The notes beneath the pieces were generated by a model. It worked only from the letters and a program-made list of their open reading frames with translations. It did no database searches and was not told where the DNA came from. Positions 34,500 to 44,117 of a DNA stretch of 46,525 nucleotides are shown here, piece by piece. Within the stretch, counting starts at the first letter, position 1, and each line of letters opens with the position of its first letter. Where the stretch lies: positions 1-46,525 of IMG/VR virus record IMGVR_UViG_3300043443_000500. The stretch is one strand, 5' to 3'. Position numbers and translations under genes: made by a program. The stretch is from a virus. Lineage: Duplodnaviria > Caudoviricetes.

Positions 34500-35918
34500 T
34501 TAGACATCTGGGACTTCTGGATCAGGCCCCATTCTAAACGGTTTGGCTAAAAACATCAATTCAAAAGGATACGATCCATATATTGGCTTTTTTCTCAAAG
34601 ACTGCGGTGGGAGTTTTTCTCCAGGCAAATCCTTTGAAACTACTGGATAATACTGTTTATTAGCAGCAGACGGAGCCAAATTATGACCGGCATTTATATA
34701 GGAAAGGTTGTATTCATTAAAAACCCCATTAGGAGAGTAAGTTCCAATATCTTGCGGATTTGCTTTTTTTCTAGGATAAAGCAATTGATCTCCATTCACT
34801 CCAGTTTCTTTAGAATAAGATTTAATTGGTATGTATAAAAATGAAAATGTAATGTCCGCAAGCATTGTGTCCACTAATGATGGAATATTTGTTGGCTTAA
34901 AAAAATCATCTTGATAAAACATATTTCTGCACTTCGGAACATTGGAAACCCCTGTAAACAATAGTTCGCCTGGGGCAAATCCATAAAACGGATTCTGATT
35001 CACCCTTCCAAGTCCTTCATAAATATTGACCGAAGCATCCTGCGTAGGGTCAACAAAATCATATGGCACTTCATGCCATGTCAACTTTATGGTTGTTTTG
35101 GGAACCAATATTTTTCCGTAAAATCCAGTAACTTCGACACCATTAATATTAAGGCTACCATCTGGTTCACCGTTATTATCTTTGCCATTATAATCGGATT
35201 GGAACTGATATGCTCCACCTTTCATAGTCATATATTCGGCAGAAGTTTCCGTTGTGAATGATGTATATCTTCTATATTCACGATATGGAGATCCATTAAC
35301 CTGATTGGATTGCCCATTGTCTTTGTAATATCTGGTTGGATCAAATTCTGGATCAGGATTATCTGCCAATTGTCTTATTTTGTAATTTCCTGGATATTGG
35401 TTATCCAGAGCATTCATCATGACATCGCTTAATGGTCTGTATTTTAAAGGTGAAAATTCCACAGTCACTTCATATTGATTATAAACGGCAAAATACGGGG
35501 CAGTTAATTGAAGTGAAGCAGCAGAAAATGTCCTCCAAGAGGCAAGAATTGACGCTGGATCATCAGGATCATTTCTTCTTGGCCCTATGCCTCGAACCGA
35601 AGAAATACGATCTGCATATAGCCATCCCCACTGAGGGTGAGCCATAGGAGAATATCTGGAGAGACTTCCGTTAACAGGGTCTTCGTTAGCATCTAAAGCA
35701 ATAAATGATGTGCCAAGAACTTGATTGCAAAATTGAGTAAGTACACCAAGCCCATTTGCTGCAAGGTCTGCACCATCAATCATGAAAGTCATAGTTGCCC
35801 TTGAATTTCCATCCAATGAAAACGATGAGCCATTTGGCGATATACTCGCCATTTTTTCAGATATAAGAAAATCCCAATACTGATTAGCATCACCACCTGG
35901 AATTGGAATCGTTGGCAT
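34500..35918 (-). CDS. Tail tip/hub protein
   Basis: Immediately downstream of the tape measure; P.AHP...W.YA and VN...F.GF.PGELLF.G motifs. Confidence 0.6.
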   Translation of the reverse strand: MPTIPIPGGDANQYWDFLISEKMASISPNGSSFSLDGNSRATMTFMIDGADLAANGLGVLTQFCNQVLGTSFIALDANEDPVNGSLSRYSPMAHPQWGWLYADRISSVRGIGPRRNDPDDPASILASWRTFSAASLQLTAPYFAVYNQYEVTVEFSPLKYRPLSDVMMNALDNQYPGNYKIRQLADNPDPEFDPTRYYKDNGQSNQVNGSPYREYRRYTSFTTETSAEYMTMKGGAYQFQSDYNGKDNNGEPDGSLNINGVEVTGFYGKILVPKTTIKLTWHEVPYDFVDPTQDASVNIYEGLGRVNQNPFYGFAPGELLFTGVSNVPKCRNMFYQDDFFKPTNIPSLVDTMLADITFSFLYIPIKSYSKETGVNGDQLLYPRKKANPQDIGTYSPNGVFNEYNLSYINAGHNLAPSAANKQYYPVVSKDLPGEKLPPQSLRKKPIYGSYPFELMFLAKPFRMGPDPEVPDV

Positions 35919-35927
35919 ATTGCACCA

Positions 35928-38060
35928 TTAAACACTTGGTTGGACACCTAAATCAAATTCACCACCGGCAACAACATCATGTTTTTGTGGCAATGGAGGT
36001 GCTGGCATTTTCTTGCCTTTTTCCTTGGCAATACCAGCAGCAAAAGCATCAGCTAATGCATCCTTGCCCAGTTTGTCATTAATGCCACTAAGCAATTGTT
36101 CTTGAGACAATTGATTAGCTCCAGCCATAAGGGCAGACTTTCTGATTTCATCACCAATGCCTGATATAGAAACATTCTGAACTTCCCTGACTGCTGCCCC
36201 AAAGGAAGAACCTTTTTCTATACCAACTTTAGCACCTTTACCCATGGAGTAGTCGCCAAGTTTTTTACCAGCATTTTCAATTCCTTTACCCACTGAACCA
36301 AGTCCAGGAATCCAAGAAAGAACTTTACCTATTCCTGTCAAAAGAGAAGCGATCACAAAGCCAACAGTCTGGGCAAAAAGTTTCATGACCATGCCAACTG
36401 CTTCAAAAATTGAAGACAATATATCCGTAACTGGTATCCAACCTATAAGGGCTTCAAAAACATCATAAATAGCCACTCCAAGTGCTGTCACAAATTCAAC
36501 AACAGGTGCTAATACATCAACAACGCCTTTAATAATCACGGCAAAAACATTGAACACAGGTGCAAGAAAATCGATTACTACTTTTGCAAGATCAAGAAGA
36601 GGTTTGGTTATGGTTGCAAAAGCTATAGCTAGTGTTTCCATAACAGGCTTAAGCGTCTTTACAGATGCATCCACAAAGTCGGCATAATATCTCAACAATG
36701 GAATCAGATATTGAATAGTTGGATTTAAAGCCCTGCCGATGGTTCCGTTCAGATCATTGAAAACAAGATTCACTTGTTCCATCGTTGCAGGATTGGATTT
36801 TGATACATATTGGGCAAATGTGTTTATAAATCCAGCAGCAATATTTGCAGCATTGGCCACTAAATTCAAAGATGCACCAGCAGCAACAAGGGCAACACCA
36901 AAACCGGCCATAGCTGCACCAGAGGCAATTCCAGGACCTGATCCTGCACCAAGTGCCATTTTTGTTGCACCTTCACCTATAGACTTAATTCCACCTTCTA
37001 TTGCAGAACCACCTGGGCCACCCTTCAGTATTCTTCCAAAAACAGGGACTGTAGAGGCAACATTGTTTCTTAAATTTAAAAGTGATTCCGAAAAAGACTT
37101 TCCAATATCTTTCGCCCTGTTAATTTCATCAAACAATTCTCTGCTTGGGCCAAATGACATTCCTGATGCTAATCCTATTGCATCCTGCTCTTTTTGTTTT
37201 TCCTGTTCTTTTTTAACCTGGATATCAGAGCCGATATTGGAAAACAATGTTTGCCAAGGGCCACTTGTTTGCTCTGTGGCTTGTTGTGCAAACACCTTGG
37301 GCTTATTCTGCATTTCTGCTATTTCGTCTTTTGTGTATACCCGTTGAGCCTTTGGTATATCTTGAGTAGCTGCTGCAACAATCCTGAACACATCTGCCAA
37401 GCTCTGAGGGCCACCGGAAGACAAAGGTATTGCCTCCGGAAGATTCTGCTCGTTAGGTTGTGCAGAAGCACCAACGATATTGAAAACATCCTTAAGGCTT
37501 TTTGGGCCAGCCTTGGACATTATTCTTTCCGTGTCAACTTCCTTGATTAGTTCAGCAAGTGAATCTGACATTTCAATAATTGGCTCAGAAACTGATTTCG
37601 CAGCTTGAGCCAATTCGTCAAGGTCTTCCTGAAATGCCCTGAAGTTTGATCTTGCATCAAGAAGATACGGATCAACAGATTGAATTGCAGGGCCAAGTGC
37701 ATTTTCAAAATCATCTGCTAGAGATTGTATATACCCTTGAAGATCAATGGCAAATGAGACATCTTTTTTTAAATTTTCTTCAAAATCTTTTCTTGTTGGG
37801 CCAAAATCTTCTGCTGGACTTTTTCTTTCTTTTGGAGTTTTTGTTGATTCACTTTTGTAATTGTTAACAATGTTTACTTTGATGGAATTTAAGGCAGTAA
37901 CCAAGGCAGACTGCATTGCCTCTATGGAAGACTTTAGACTGTCCAATCCCTTTGTAAAATCGGCAGAACCGGCTTTGACATTGTCGGCAATGTCCTGCAC
38001 GGCCTTTGTCAGGTCTGTGCTGAATTCCTCATCATTTTTCAATGATATGTCATTGGACAT
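35928..38060 (-). CDS. Tail tape measure protein
   Basis: Ala/Gly-rich helical protein with hydrophobic periodic stretches, downstream of the chaperone pair. Confidence 0.8.
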   Translation of the reverse strand: MSNDISLKNDEEFSTDLTKAVQDIADNVKAGSADFTKGLDSLKSSIEAMQSALVTALNSIKVNIVNNYKSESTKTPKERKSPAEDFGPTRKDFEENLKKDVSFAIDLQGYIQSLADDFENALGPAIQSVDPYLLDARSNFRAFQEDLDELAQAAKSVSEPIIEMSDSLAELIKEVDTERIMSKAGPKSLKDVFNIVGASAQPNEQNLPEAIPLSSGGPQSLADVFRIVAAATQDIPKAQRVYTKDEIAEMQNKPKVFAQQATEQTSGPWQTLFSNIGSDIQVKKEQEKQKEQDAIGLASGMSFGPSRELFDEINRAKDIGKSFSESLLNLRNNVASTVPVFGRILKGGPGGSAIEGGIKSIGEGATKMALGAGSGPGIASGAAMAGFGVALVAAGASLNLVANAANIAAGFINTFAQYVSKSNPATMEQVNLVFNDLNGTIGRALNPTIQYLIPLLRYYADFVDASVKTLKPVMETLAIAFATITKPLLDLAKVVIDFLAPVFNVFAVIIKGVVDVLAPVVEFVTALGVAIYDVFEALIGWIPVTDILSSIFEAVGMVMKLFAQTVGFVIASLLTGIGKVLSWIPGLGSVGKGIENAGKKLGDYSMGKGAKVGIEKGSSFGAAVREVQNVSISGIGDEIRKSALMAGANQLSQEQLLSGINDKLGKDALADAFAAGIAKEKGKKMPAPPLPQKHDVVAGGEFDLGVQPSV

Positions 38061-38337
38061 TTTTCACCGGAATCTTTCCGTATTTCTTGATCCAGTCCTG
38101 TTGCATCTGCTTGGGACTTGCACCGATCATTGAACCCATTTTCATAAAAGACAGATATTTTTGCAACATCATATCTTCCATGGTCATAGGTTTCTTTCGC
38201 AAATACCATTCATGTTCCTCATTGGGTATCTCAACTGGAACACCCTTGTCATCCCTCTTGCGATAATAGAGGTCAACAATCTGCCTATCGGTCAAATCAA
38301 GAATCTCCCATGGACGAAGCAAGTAAGGCTTGTCCAT
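38050..38337 (-). CDS. Tail assembly chaperone, gpT-like part (probably reached by -1 frameshift)
   Basis: PWEI.DLT.RQI motif; reading frame stays open upstream to the slippery site. Confidence 0.75.
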   Translation of the reverse strand: MDKPYLLRPWEILDLTDRQIVDLYYRKRDDKGVPVEIPNEEHEWYLRKKPMTMEDMMLQKYLSFMKMGSMIGASPKQMQQDWIKKYGKIPVKNVQ

Positions 38338-38399
38338 GAGATTGACATAAAAGTTCCGAAGGTTTGGTGGAGGAATAGGCTGTCTTGAATTAGACGATC

Positions 38400-38825
38400 C
38401 TACTCCTTCTTGGCGTTTGGGAAGGATTTCTCCCGAACCAACTGCATAACCGTTTCAAACTTTTCCCGCTCTGAAAGCATCAATGCTTGCACCTCGTCTT
38501 CGGTGGTATTGAAGATAAGGGCTGCCAATATGATTCCACCCCAGGGAGTGGTCATGGCTTGAACGGAATTATCCGAGCCGAAGCTGTAAATTCCGGTGGC
38601 AATATCCCTAGTAACACCAGAGATTGCTTCTCGGAACTCAACAGGTTCAAGATGTGATTTCAGGGAATAAACCGCATCGAGTGCTTTCTTTTCGAGCTTT
38701 TTCTCGAATTCAGCCTTGATCCTTTGCGTGATCAATCCTGCGGTATATTTTTTGCCATTGAATTCTATCGTGAGAGAACCACCCTCCCCATTGGAATTGA
38801 GGAGGGAATTAACCGTATCTGCCAT
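38400..38825 (-). CDS. Tail assembly chaperone, gpG-like (start MADTVN)
   Basis: Between tail tube and tape measure; ends FPNAKKE across the slippery heptamer. Confidence 0.75.
   Translation of the reverse strand: MADTVNSLLNSNGEGGSLTIEFNGKKYTAGLITQRIKAEFEKKLEKKALDAVYSLKSHLEPVEFREAISGVTRDIATGIYSFGSDNSVQAMTTPWGGIILAALIFNTTEDEVQALMLSEREKFETVMQLVREKSFPNAKKE
38415..38421 (-). promoter_or_regulatory. -1 ribosomal frameshift slippery site C CCA AAC
   Basis: X XXY YYZ in the correct phase; the -1 frame has no stop before joining ORF 38050-38337. Confidence 0.8.
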
Positions 38826-38844
38826 TGCTTCCTCTTTCTTTCTG

Positions 38845-39222
38845 TTAGCCAACTATGCAGCTAAATGCACCATAGGTGGCAAAGGTTACTGACATCTTCT
38901 GAACATCCTTTGCGTTTGCATCATAGTTGATCGAGGTAATGACGCAATTTGTAATGGTTATGGTGCTAACACCTAATGGGTCACCATCTCCGATTGCAAC
39001 AGAACCTGTTTGACCAACAAGCCATCCATAACCAGTGTCAACAGCAAGAACATCAAGGGTAATTTCTGCTGAATACATACCAATGGCGTGAGATGCAAAC
39101 CCCTGATTTAAAAAATTGGTTGTATCAATTTCGTCAGCCTTGGAGTTTACAGAAACATTAGTTGCAGGAACTGATACTGTACCAATTGTAACAGTCCCAG
39201 TACGACCTGAAAGAATAGCCAT
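38845..39222 (-). CDS. Tail tube protein (paralog B)
   Basis: G..G.V......SVN.K.D.ID.TNF...GF.....G..SAEI; position before the chaperones. Confidence 0.7.
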   Translation of the reverse strand: MAILSGRTGTVTIGTVSVPATNVSVNSKADEIDTTNFLNQGFASHAIGMYSAEITLDVLAVDTGYGWLVGQTGSVAIGDGDPLGVSTITITNCVITSINYDANAKDVQKMSVTFATYGAFSCIVG

Positions 39223-39232
39223 GTTTATCTCC

Positions 39233-39748
39233 TTAGAACTTTAATGGATCAGCAGATGCCGAACCCCAGTTGTAGGTTGCTGTAGCCGATGGGATCAGTG
39301 TCAATCGCACCTTTTGGATGTCACGAACTGGAACATCGTAAACAACTGAGGTCACTGTGCAGTTGTAAAGAACAAAGCTGGATGGCTCTGCCGTGTATTC
39401 CAAATATTCATATTCAGCAAGAGTTGCTTCTGTGTTTGTCGGAGGCAATGCCGTAAATGTATTTCTTCCTCCTGTTGGAAGAAGTGTAATATCAGCTTTC
39501 ATTCCGGCAAAAATAGGTGGAAGTGCAATTTTGTCATAAGCTATTTCCACACTGATTTCAACGCTTTGAATTCCAGGAACCAAAGTCACATATCCGGCTG
39601 ATGCAAAATTGGATGCATCTGGAGTATCCATCTTGGCATTGATACTTGCTGAAACAACTGGAAGAACTCCAGTGCCAACTACGCCATCAGTTCTATCCAA
39701 AGAAAACAAGGCAATTTTGCCTGTCATAAATACATTTGTTTCTGGCAT
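39233..39748 (-). CDS. Tail tube-like protein (paralog A)
   Basis: SIN.K.D.PD.SNF...GY.....G..S.EI...NC.VTSV.YD...DIQK, aligning by eye with 38845-39222. Confidence 0.65.
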   Translation of the reverse strand: MPETNVFMTGKIALFSLDRTDGVVGTGVLPVVSASINAKMDTPDASNFASAGYVTLVPGIQSVEISVEIAYDKIALPPIFAGMKADITLLPTGGRNTFTALPPTNTEATLAEYEYLEYTAEPSSFVLYNCTVTSVVYDVPVRDIQKVRLTLIPSATATYNWGSASADPLKF

Positions 39749-39758
39749 TGAAAACTCC

Positions 39759-40238
39759 TTAAACTAAGCCTTGTTCCATGAAACCATAGTTTACTCTAAA
39801 ACCTGTAACCTTGTACACAGTATTTGGATTCCCATTTACTGAAAAAGGTTGAATTCCCCTAATGTTTATCCGTGATGGACTTGTTCCGGAAGCATACTGT
39901 CCAATACGGTATATTTCTTTGCGTATCAGATACCTTGTTTCCAAATCCTGATACGATAAATCCCTGTTGTGTTCCTGCACATAGTACACACGAATGGGAT
40001 AGATGTATTCCGAAATGCCACCGAATGTTTCGATACCTACTTCCTCACCATCATCCGATGGTGCAATAACGACACATGGAAAAGAATCAGATTCCCTGAC
40101 GACTGCACCCTTGCGTTTATAAACCGTATATCCAAGTGCCGTCAAATTACTTCCAAGTGTGTCAATAATGGTGGTATATCTGTCCGAAGGATTTGCTCCA
40201 ACCAACGGCCCTTGTCTTCGGAATGGTGCTTTACTCAT
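39759..40238 (-). CDS. Tail terminator/completion protein
   Basis: FPCVVI.P....E motif; position. Confidence 0.6.
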   Translation of the reverse strand: MSKAPFRRQGPLVGANPSDRYTTIIDTLGSNLTALGYTVYKRKGAVVRESDSFPCVVIAPSDDGEEVGIETFGGISEYIYPIRVYYVQEHNRDLSYQDLETRYLIRKEIYRIGQYASGTSPSRINIRGIQPFSVNGNPNTVYKVTGFRVNYGFMEQGLV

Positions 40239-40555
40239 GGAGCCACCGTGCAATCTATTTCATAGTATTGCTGATCACCCATGTTGTTTACGGCATTAGC
40301 GTAATACTTCTTGCCATTCACATCGGTTATTTCACAGTCGATTTCCGGTTTCCAAGGTTGAACATTCTTTTTCCAGATCAAAAATCTTGTGATGTTCTCA
40401 ACTTTCATCATGCCTGACTGATCACTATAGGCCGTTGTAATACCCCTGCGAAATCCATAGTTTGTGGATGCAGTAGTATTATCCGGGTTCTTGAGGTTAA
40501 GAACCTCTGGATTATCGAACACAACATATTCATTCGACAGATCGAGTGTTGGCAT
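40235..40555 (-). CDS. Head closure / head-tail joining protein (start MPTLDL)
   Basis: Beta-rich, P.....ITD..G..Y pattern; TAATG coupling. Confidence 0.6.
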   Translation of the reverse strand: MPTLDLSNEYVVFDNPEVLNLKNPDNTTASTNYGFRRGITTAYSDQSGMMKVENITRFLIWKKNVQPWKPEIDCEITDVNGKKYYANAVNNMGDQQYYEIDCTVAP

Positions 40556-40767
40556 TACATGAACTGGGTTCTGAATTCCTGGGGGGCAACATAGGTCAAC
40601 AGCTTGTTCACCTGTGTGATATGTTGCAGTGTTTGCTGTCTCCATTCCGTTCTGGAAACGGCAACGCCTTCCCAGCTATAGGAAGGTTGAGGATTTGCGG
40701 AGTCGGCAACTAATGCGTTGATGTAGTTGTCTCGAATCGTGATCAGGTTTTCTGCTGGTGTTGGCAT
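40555..40767 (-). CDS. Head-tail adaptor (lambda gpW-like)
   Basis: Helix-PSYSWEG..VS-helix; follows the capsid gene. Confidence 0.65.
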   Translation of the reverse strand: MPTPAENLITIRDNYINALVADSANPQPSYSWEGVAVSRTEWRQQTLQHITQVNKLLTYVAPQEFRTQFM

Positions 40768-40780
40768 AGTCACCTTGGGT

Positions 40781-40814
40781 TAAAAATGCCGAGGTGGGAA
40801 AATCCCACCCCGGC
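40781..40814 (-). terminator. Terminator after the major capsid gene
   Basis: GCCGGGGTGGGA-ttt-TCCCACCTCGGC followed by ATTTTT. Confidence 0.75.
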
Positions 40815-40826
40815 GTTTGTGGGTCA

Positions 40827-42050
40827 TTACGCAGTAGGAATACCACGAACAACGAAGCGAGGATCCATAACACCAGCAGCACCCCACCAAGAAGCCTTGA
40901 TGGCAACTGCGATGTCCTGATTGAATTCTGCCCAGTTGTTAGCGGGAGCCTGAACGATTTCAAGAGGCTTGGCTTCACGCCACACGAAAGCTTTCTTGAA
41001 GTTGCCAAGCCATACATACTTGTCGGCGTTGGAAGCGGTAACACCGCTGGAGATCAACAAAGCACGAGCATGAGCAGATGTCAACAGCCCGTAATTGTTG
41101 TCCAGTGGGTTTGGACTTTCCAACTGCTCAACATCACCAGAGGTGGCGTAGGGGCCATTCTTGGTGGTGGTTGCAGGATTAAGAATCCTTGTAGCAGAGT
41201 ATTTCTGGAAAGGCATTACAAGCATTTGCATTCCAGGGCCAAAGACCTCAATCGGCTTGCCGGTGTTGGGGTCTTTCATCTGGAAGAAAAGCTGTTCCAG
41301 AGTGTTGATGCTTGCCCAGTTGGAGAGGGCATAGCTATTGACCTGGTTGATGAAACCATAGGTCAAACCACTCTGGCCACCAGTTGCGGAATAGGTATCC
41401 AGTGTAGATTCCGAACCTTGGGATGTGCCGTACACATAATTGCCGGTCACGCCCATGACGGTCTTCAGGATGCGTTCTTCTTTGGCCAAACCGCAGTAGG
41501 TTCCAACGCTTTCAGCAGACTGCAAAGCCTGGCTGGTTTTGTCAGCGTAGATCATTTCTGCGGTGATGGCACAAATGCGACCAACCTTTTCAATCGCTGG
41601 CAATTTTACATAGTTGCCAGTGAATTTGGTCTGTGCATAGGGCATTCCAGGTTGAACAGTGTCTGCTTCCGTGGTCGTGTCAGACAACCAAGGAATCAGT
41701 TCCTGTCCAAGGTTCTGGCCGGCAGGAATGTTCTGAACAAGGCTGTCTCCGATGAAGGAAGCCAGTTTGAACTTTTCCTTGACCGTGGTGATCAGAATCT
41801 GGCCGGTGATTGCTGCGAAATTGGACGCATCAACCGCTTCGGTCGATTCCATGAACACCCGTTCTGGGCCATTGAATCGGTGCATGGTTTCGGCCCATTG
41901 TTCACCAATGATGCCTTCAGCCAGACCACGAAGGGAAATCCTGTTGGGTTGAATATCGCCCTTGGCGATTGCTTCGGAAAGATATTCACGAGTTTTGGCA
42001 ACACCGTTCTGCTTGCCAAACTCTTTCAGTTTAAGACCTAAACTCTTCAT
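40827..42050 (-). CDS. Major capsid protein (HK97 fold)
   Basis: 407 aa after the decoration gene; K.GRI..IT.EMI..D.T, P....LVMP, W.LGNF.KAF, GAAGVMDPR. Confidence 0.88.
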   Translation of the reverse strand: MKSLGLKLKEFGKQNGVAKTREYLSEAIAKGDIQPNRISLRGLAEGIIGEQWAETMHRFNGPERVFMESTEAVDASNFAAITGQILITTVKEKFKLASFIGDSLVQNIPAGQNLGQELIPWLSDTTTEADTVQPGMPYAQTKFTGNYVKLPAIEKVGRICAITAEMIYADKTSQALQSAESVGTYCGLAKEERILKTVMGVTGNYVYGTSQGSESTLDTYSATGGQSGLTYGFINQVNSYALSNWASINTLEQLFFQMKDPNTGKPIEVFGPGMQMLVMPFQKYSATRILNPATTTKNGPYATSGDVEQLESPNPLDNNYGLLTSAHARALLISSGVTASNADKYVWLGNFKKAFVWREAKPLEIVQAPANNWAEFNQDIAVAIKASWWGAAGVMDPRFVVRGIPTA

Positions 42051-42074
42051 GTTTATTTCTCCTTACTAAAGAGG

Positions 42075-42545
42075 TTAGCGAGCCACAGAGTTGAGGGTGG
42101 AAAGCAACTGGAATTTTACAACGCCAGTGCCACTGTTTGCCTCGACTACGCTGCCGATGGCAAGAGCCTTGGTAGCAACCTTTACGAGAGATTGCGGTAC
42201 AAGGTTGTTTCCAGAGTTTGCTGGCCCAACGAAATCGCCAACAACCAGTGCAACACCGGTGTAGGTAGCTTCGTAAATGCCAGAGCAGTCGATGCGAATT
42301 TCATTCGCAACACTGTTTCCATACACGGTGGAAACATCTGCTTTCTTGAACTGTCCAGAAACACCAAGGAATGCTTCAGCGAAGTTTTCCTGGGTGGTTG
42401 CCAAATCGGTGTCCCAAGTGAAACTACCGGCAGGAACAACATTCCCACCAACAATAGCACACAGGTCACCAACACTAACGGCAGTAGCAGTGGCAACTGG
42501 AGCCACCACAGGATTGGTCGTGCCGTAGTTGTAAGTAATTGCCAT
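42075..42545 (-). CDS. Capsid decoration/cement protein
   Basis: Small Ala/Val/Gly-rich beta protein between scaffold and capsid; AV..GDL, FLGV, GDFVG, AIG.V. Confidence 0.7.
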   Translation of the reverse strand: MAITYNYGTTNPVVAPVATATAVSVGDLCAIVGGNVVPAGSFTWDTDLATTQENFAEAFLGVSGQFKKADVSTVYGNSVANEIRIDCSGIYEATYTGVALVVGDFVGPANSGNNLVPQSLVKVATKALAIGSVVEANSGTGVVKFQLLSTLNSVAR

Positions 42546-42567
42546 ATCTTATCTCCTTATGATGGCT

Positions 42568-44079
42568 TTACTTTCCGAGGACAGATTCAACAAACTGCTT
42601 ATAATTCGGTTCGCCTCGAATTTCAACCGAACTAACAGGTTTCACGCTGTTTCTTGCAAGGGCCACTTTCTTGCGATCTTCAATCGCTTCGGCCCAAAGG
42701 TCTTCGCCGATAGCACAAAGCTGGCGAATAAAAACCGGAGTCGCCTCCAGCTTGTTTTCCGTCAACAATGCGTTGATCTTTTCTTCTTTTTCCTTGTGGT
42801 GCTTGTAGGAACGAAGTTCAGCCAGTTCCTTGTGAATGTCACTTACAGACTCCATCTTGTCTTCCATCTCATCGGCTGGATCAGCATCATCAGCTTTCTT
42901 GGCTTGTGCGGGAACGCCAGAGTCTTTACCGGAGTTTGCCACATCTGTGGTTTCACCCATGCCACCGCCGATGCCTAGCATGGAAAGGATTTTCTTTCCC
43001 TTCTCTTCATCGGAGCATTCACCTTCGCACACAGACTGTATCTCTGCCATAAGCTCTGGGCCAAACGGTTTCTTAGAATCCTTAGAATCGTCCTTTGGCG
43101 GTTCGCTATTGCTTGCATTGGCAGCATCAGCCTCCTTGTACATTTCCTTGACGGGGTTTTCTTCCTTCATCATTTTTTCCTTATCCATGACATTCTCCTG
43201 TTTGTCGTTGTCGTTTTCCAAGTCATCGGCTATCTTGTTAGCCCATGACCTACCGGCATCTCCACCCCAGAGAAGCCACGCAATATATCCGGCTGAGTCC
43301 TTGCCCCAACCTTCACCTTTTTTGTCCACCTCATGGCGGGCAAAATAGCTTACCATTCTTTGGATCGTGTCGGCTGAAATCGATTTGCCATTCGACAAAT
43401 CCCTTGCCCTGGCAACTCCAACTTCTGTGCCACCACGATTGTGCTTGTCTCGAAGTTCGAGTCCCTTTTTCGCAGCGTTCTGCACTTCTTCTGGAGGCGT
43501 ATAGCCTTCTTCCTCGGATATATCGCCACGGCGAGCCATATCCAGAGCGATGGCAACCGCCTGATCTTGAGGATATCCCTCGTCCTTCAGGGTCTTGATT
43601 TTGTCCGGCACTTCGGATTCAAAGATGTTTTTAGTGGTCGCTGGGTTAGCCACTAGGTCAACGCTTTTCACACGGTCAATCCTGACCACTCGCTCAGTTC
43701 CATCCGGATCGAGAGTCCATTTTCCCTGAACCATGTGTGAAAAGCCGATGTCGCCGAGTCCATTGTTCTCAGCGAACCACAGGAAGGAATCCACTCCCTC
43801 GGCGTGTGGATTGTAGTGAAAATCGGCGTACAGGCCGTCCGCTTCCAGTCTGGGATTTGATAGCCAGCCTATTCGGTCTGAGAACGAAGGAGCATCCGTG
43901 ATGTGATCCTTGTTCACAGGGCATTGATTGTAGAGATGAATGGCTTCTTGAATGGCCTGTCGTTCATAGACTCTGCCATTCTGAGAATTGAATCCAAGCA
44001 CCTTCACGCCGTAGACAATGCTCTTGGCTCTGTCTACGCCTCGAAGTCCCCTAGGTGTGGATGTCAGTGTTGCATTCAT
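42568..44079 (-). CDS. Prohead protease/scaffold fusion with an inserted domain
   Basis: S.NGR.Y, VN.DH, GFSH, SVDLVANPATT protease motifs; acidic coiled-coil scaffold C-terminus. Confidence 0.85.
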   Translation of the reverse strand: MNATLTSTPRGLRGVDRAKSIVYGVKVLGFNSQNGRVYERQAIQEAIHLYNQCPVNKDHITDAPSFSDRIGWLSNPRLEADGLYADFHYNPHAEGVDSFLWFAENNGLGDIGFSHMVQGKWTLDPDGTERVVRIDRVKSVDLVANPATTKNIFESEVPDKIKTLKDEGYPQDQAVAIALDMARRGDISEEEGYTPPEEVQNAAKKGLELRDKHNRGGTEVGVARARDLSNGKSISADTIQRMVSYFARHEVDKKGEGWGKDSAGYIAWLLWGGDAGRSWANKIADDLENDNDKQENVMDKEKMMKEENPVKEMYKEADAANASNSEPPKDDSKDSKKPFGPELMAEIQSVCEGECSDEEKGKKILSMLGIGGGMGETTDVANSGKDSGVPAQAKKADDADPADEMEDKMESVSDIHKELAELRSYKHHKEKEEKINALLTENKLEATPVFIRQLCAIGEDLWAEAIEDRKKVALARNSVKPVSSVEIRGEPNYKQFVESVLGK

Positions 44080-44117
44080 TTAGATAAAATACCCATGAAG
44101 GTTTAAAAATGTCAAAA

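Noticed and set aside
36739-37347. 202-aa antisense ORF in the tape measure gene (likewise 42836-43348 in the scaffold)
   Set aside because: In-register antisense shadows of Ala/Gly- or Glu/Lys-rich coding sequence.
40794-42041. 415-aa antisense ORF over the capsid gene
   Set aside because: It mirrors the capsid gene almost exactly and has no recognisable motifs; this is expected from codon bias in a highly expressed gene.
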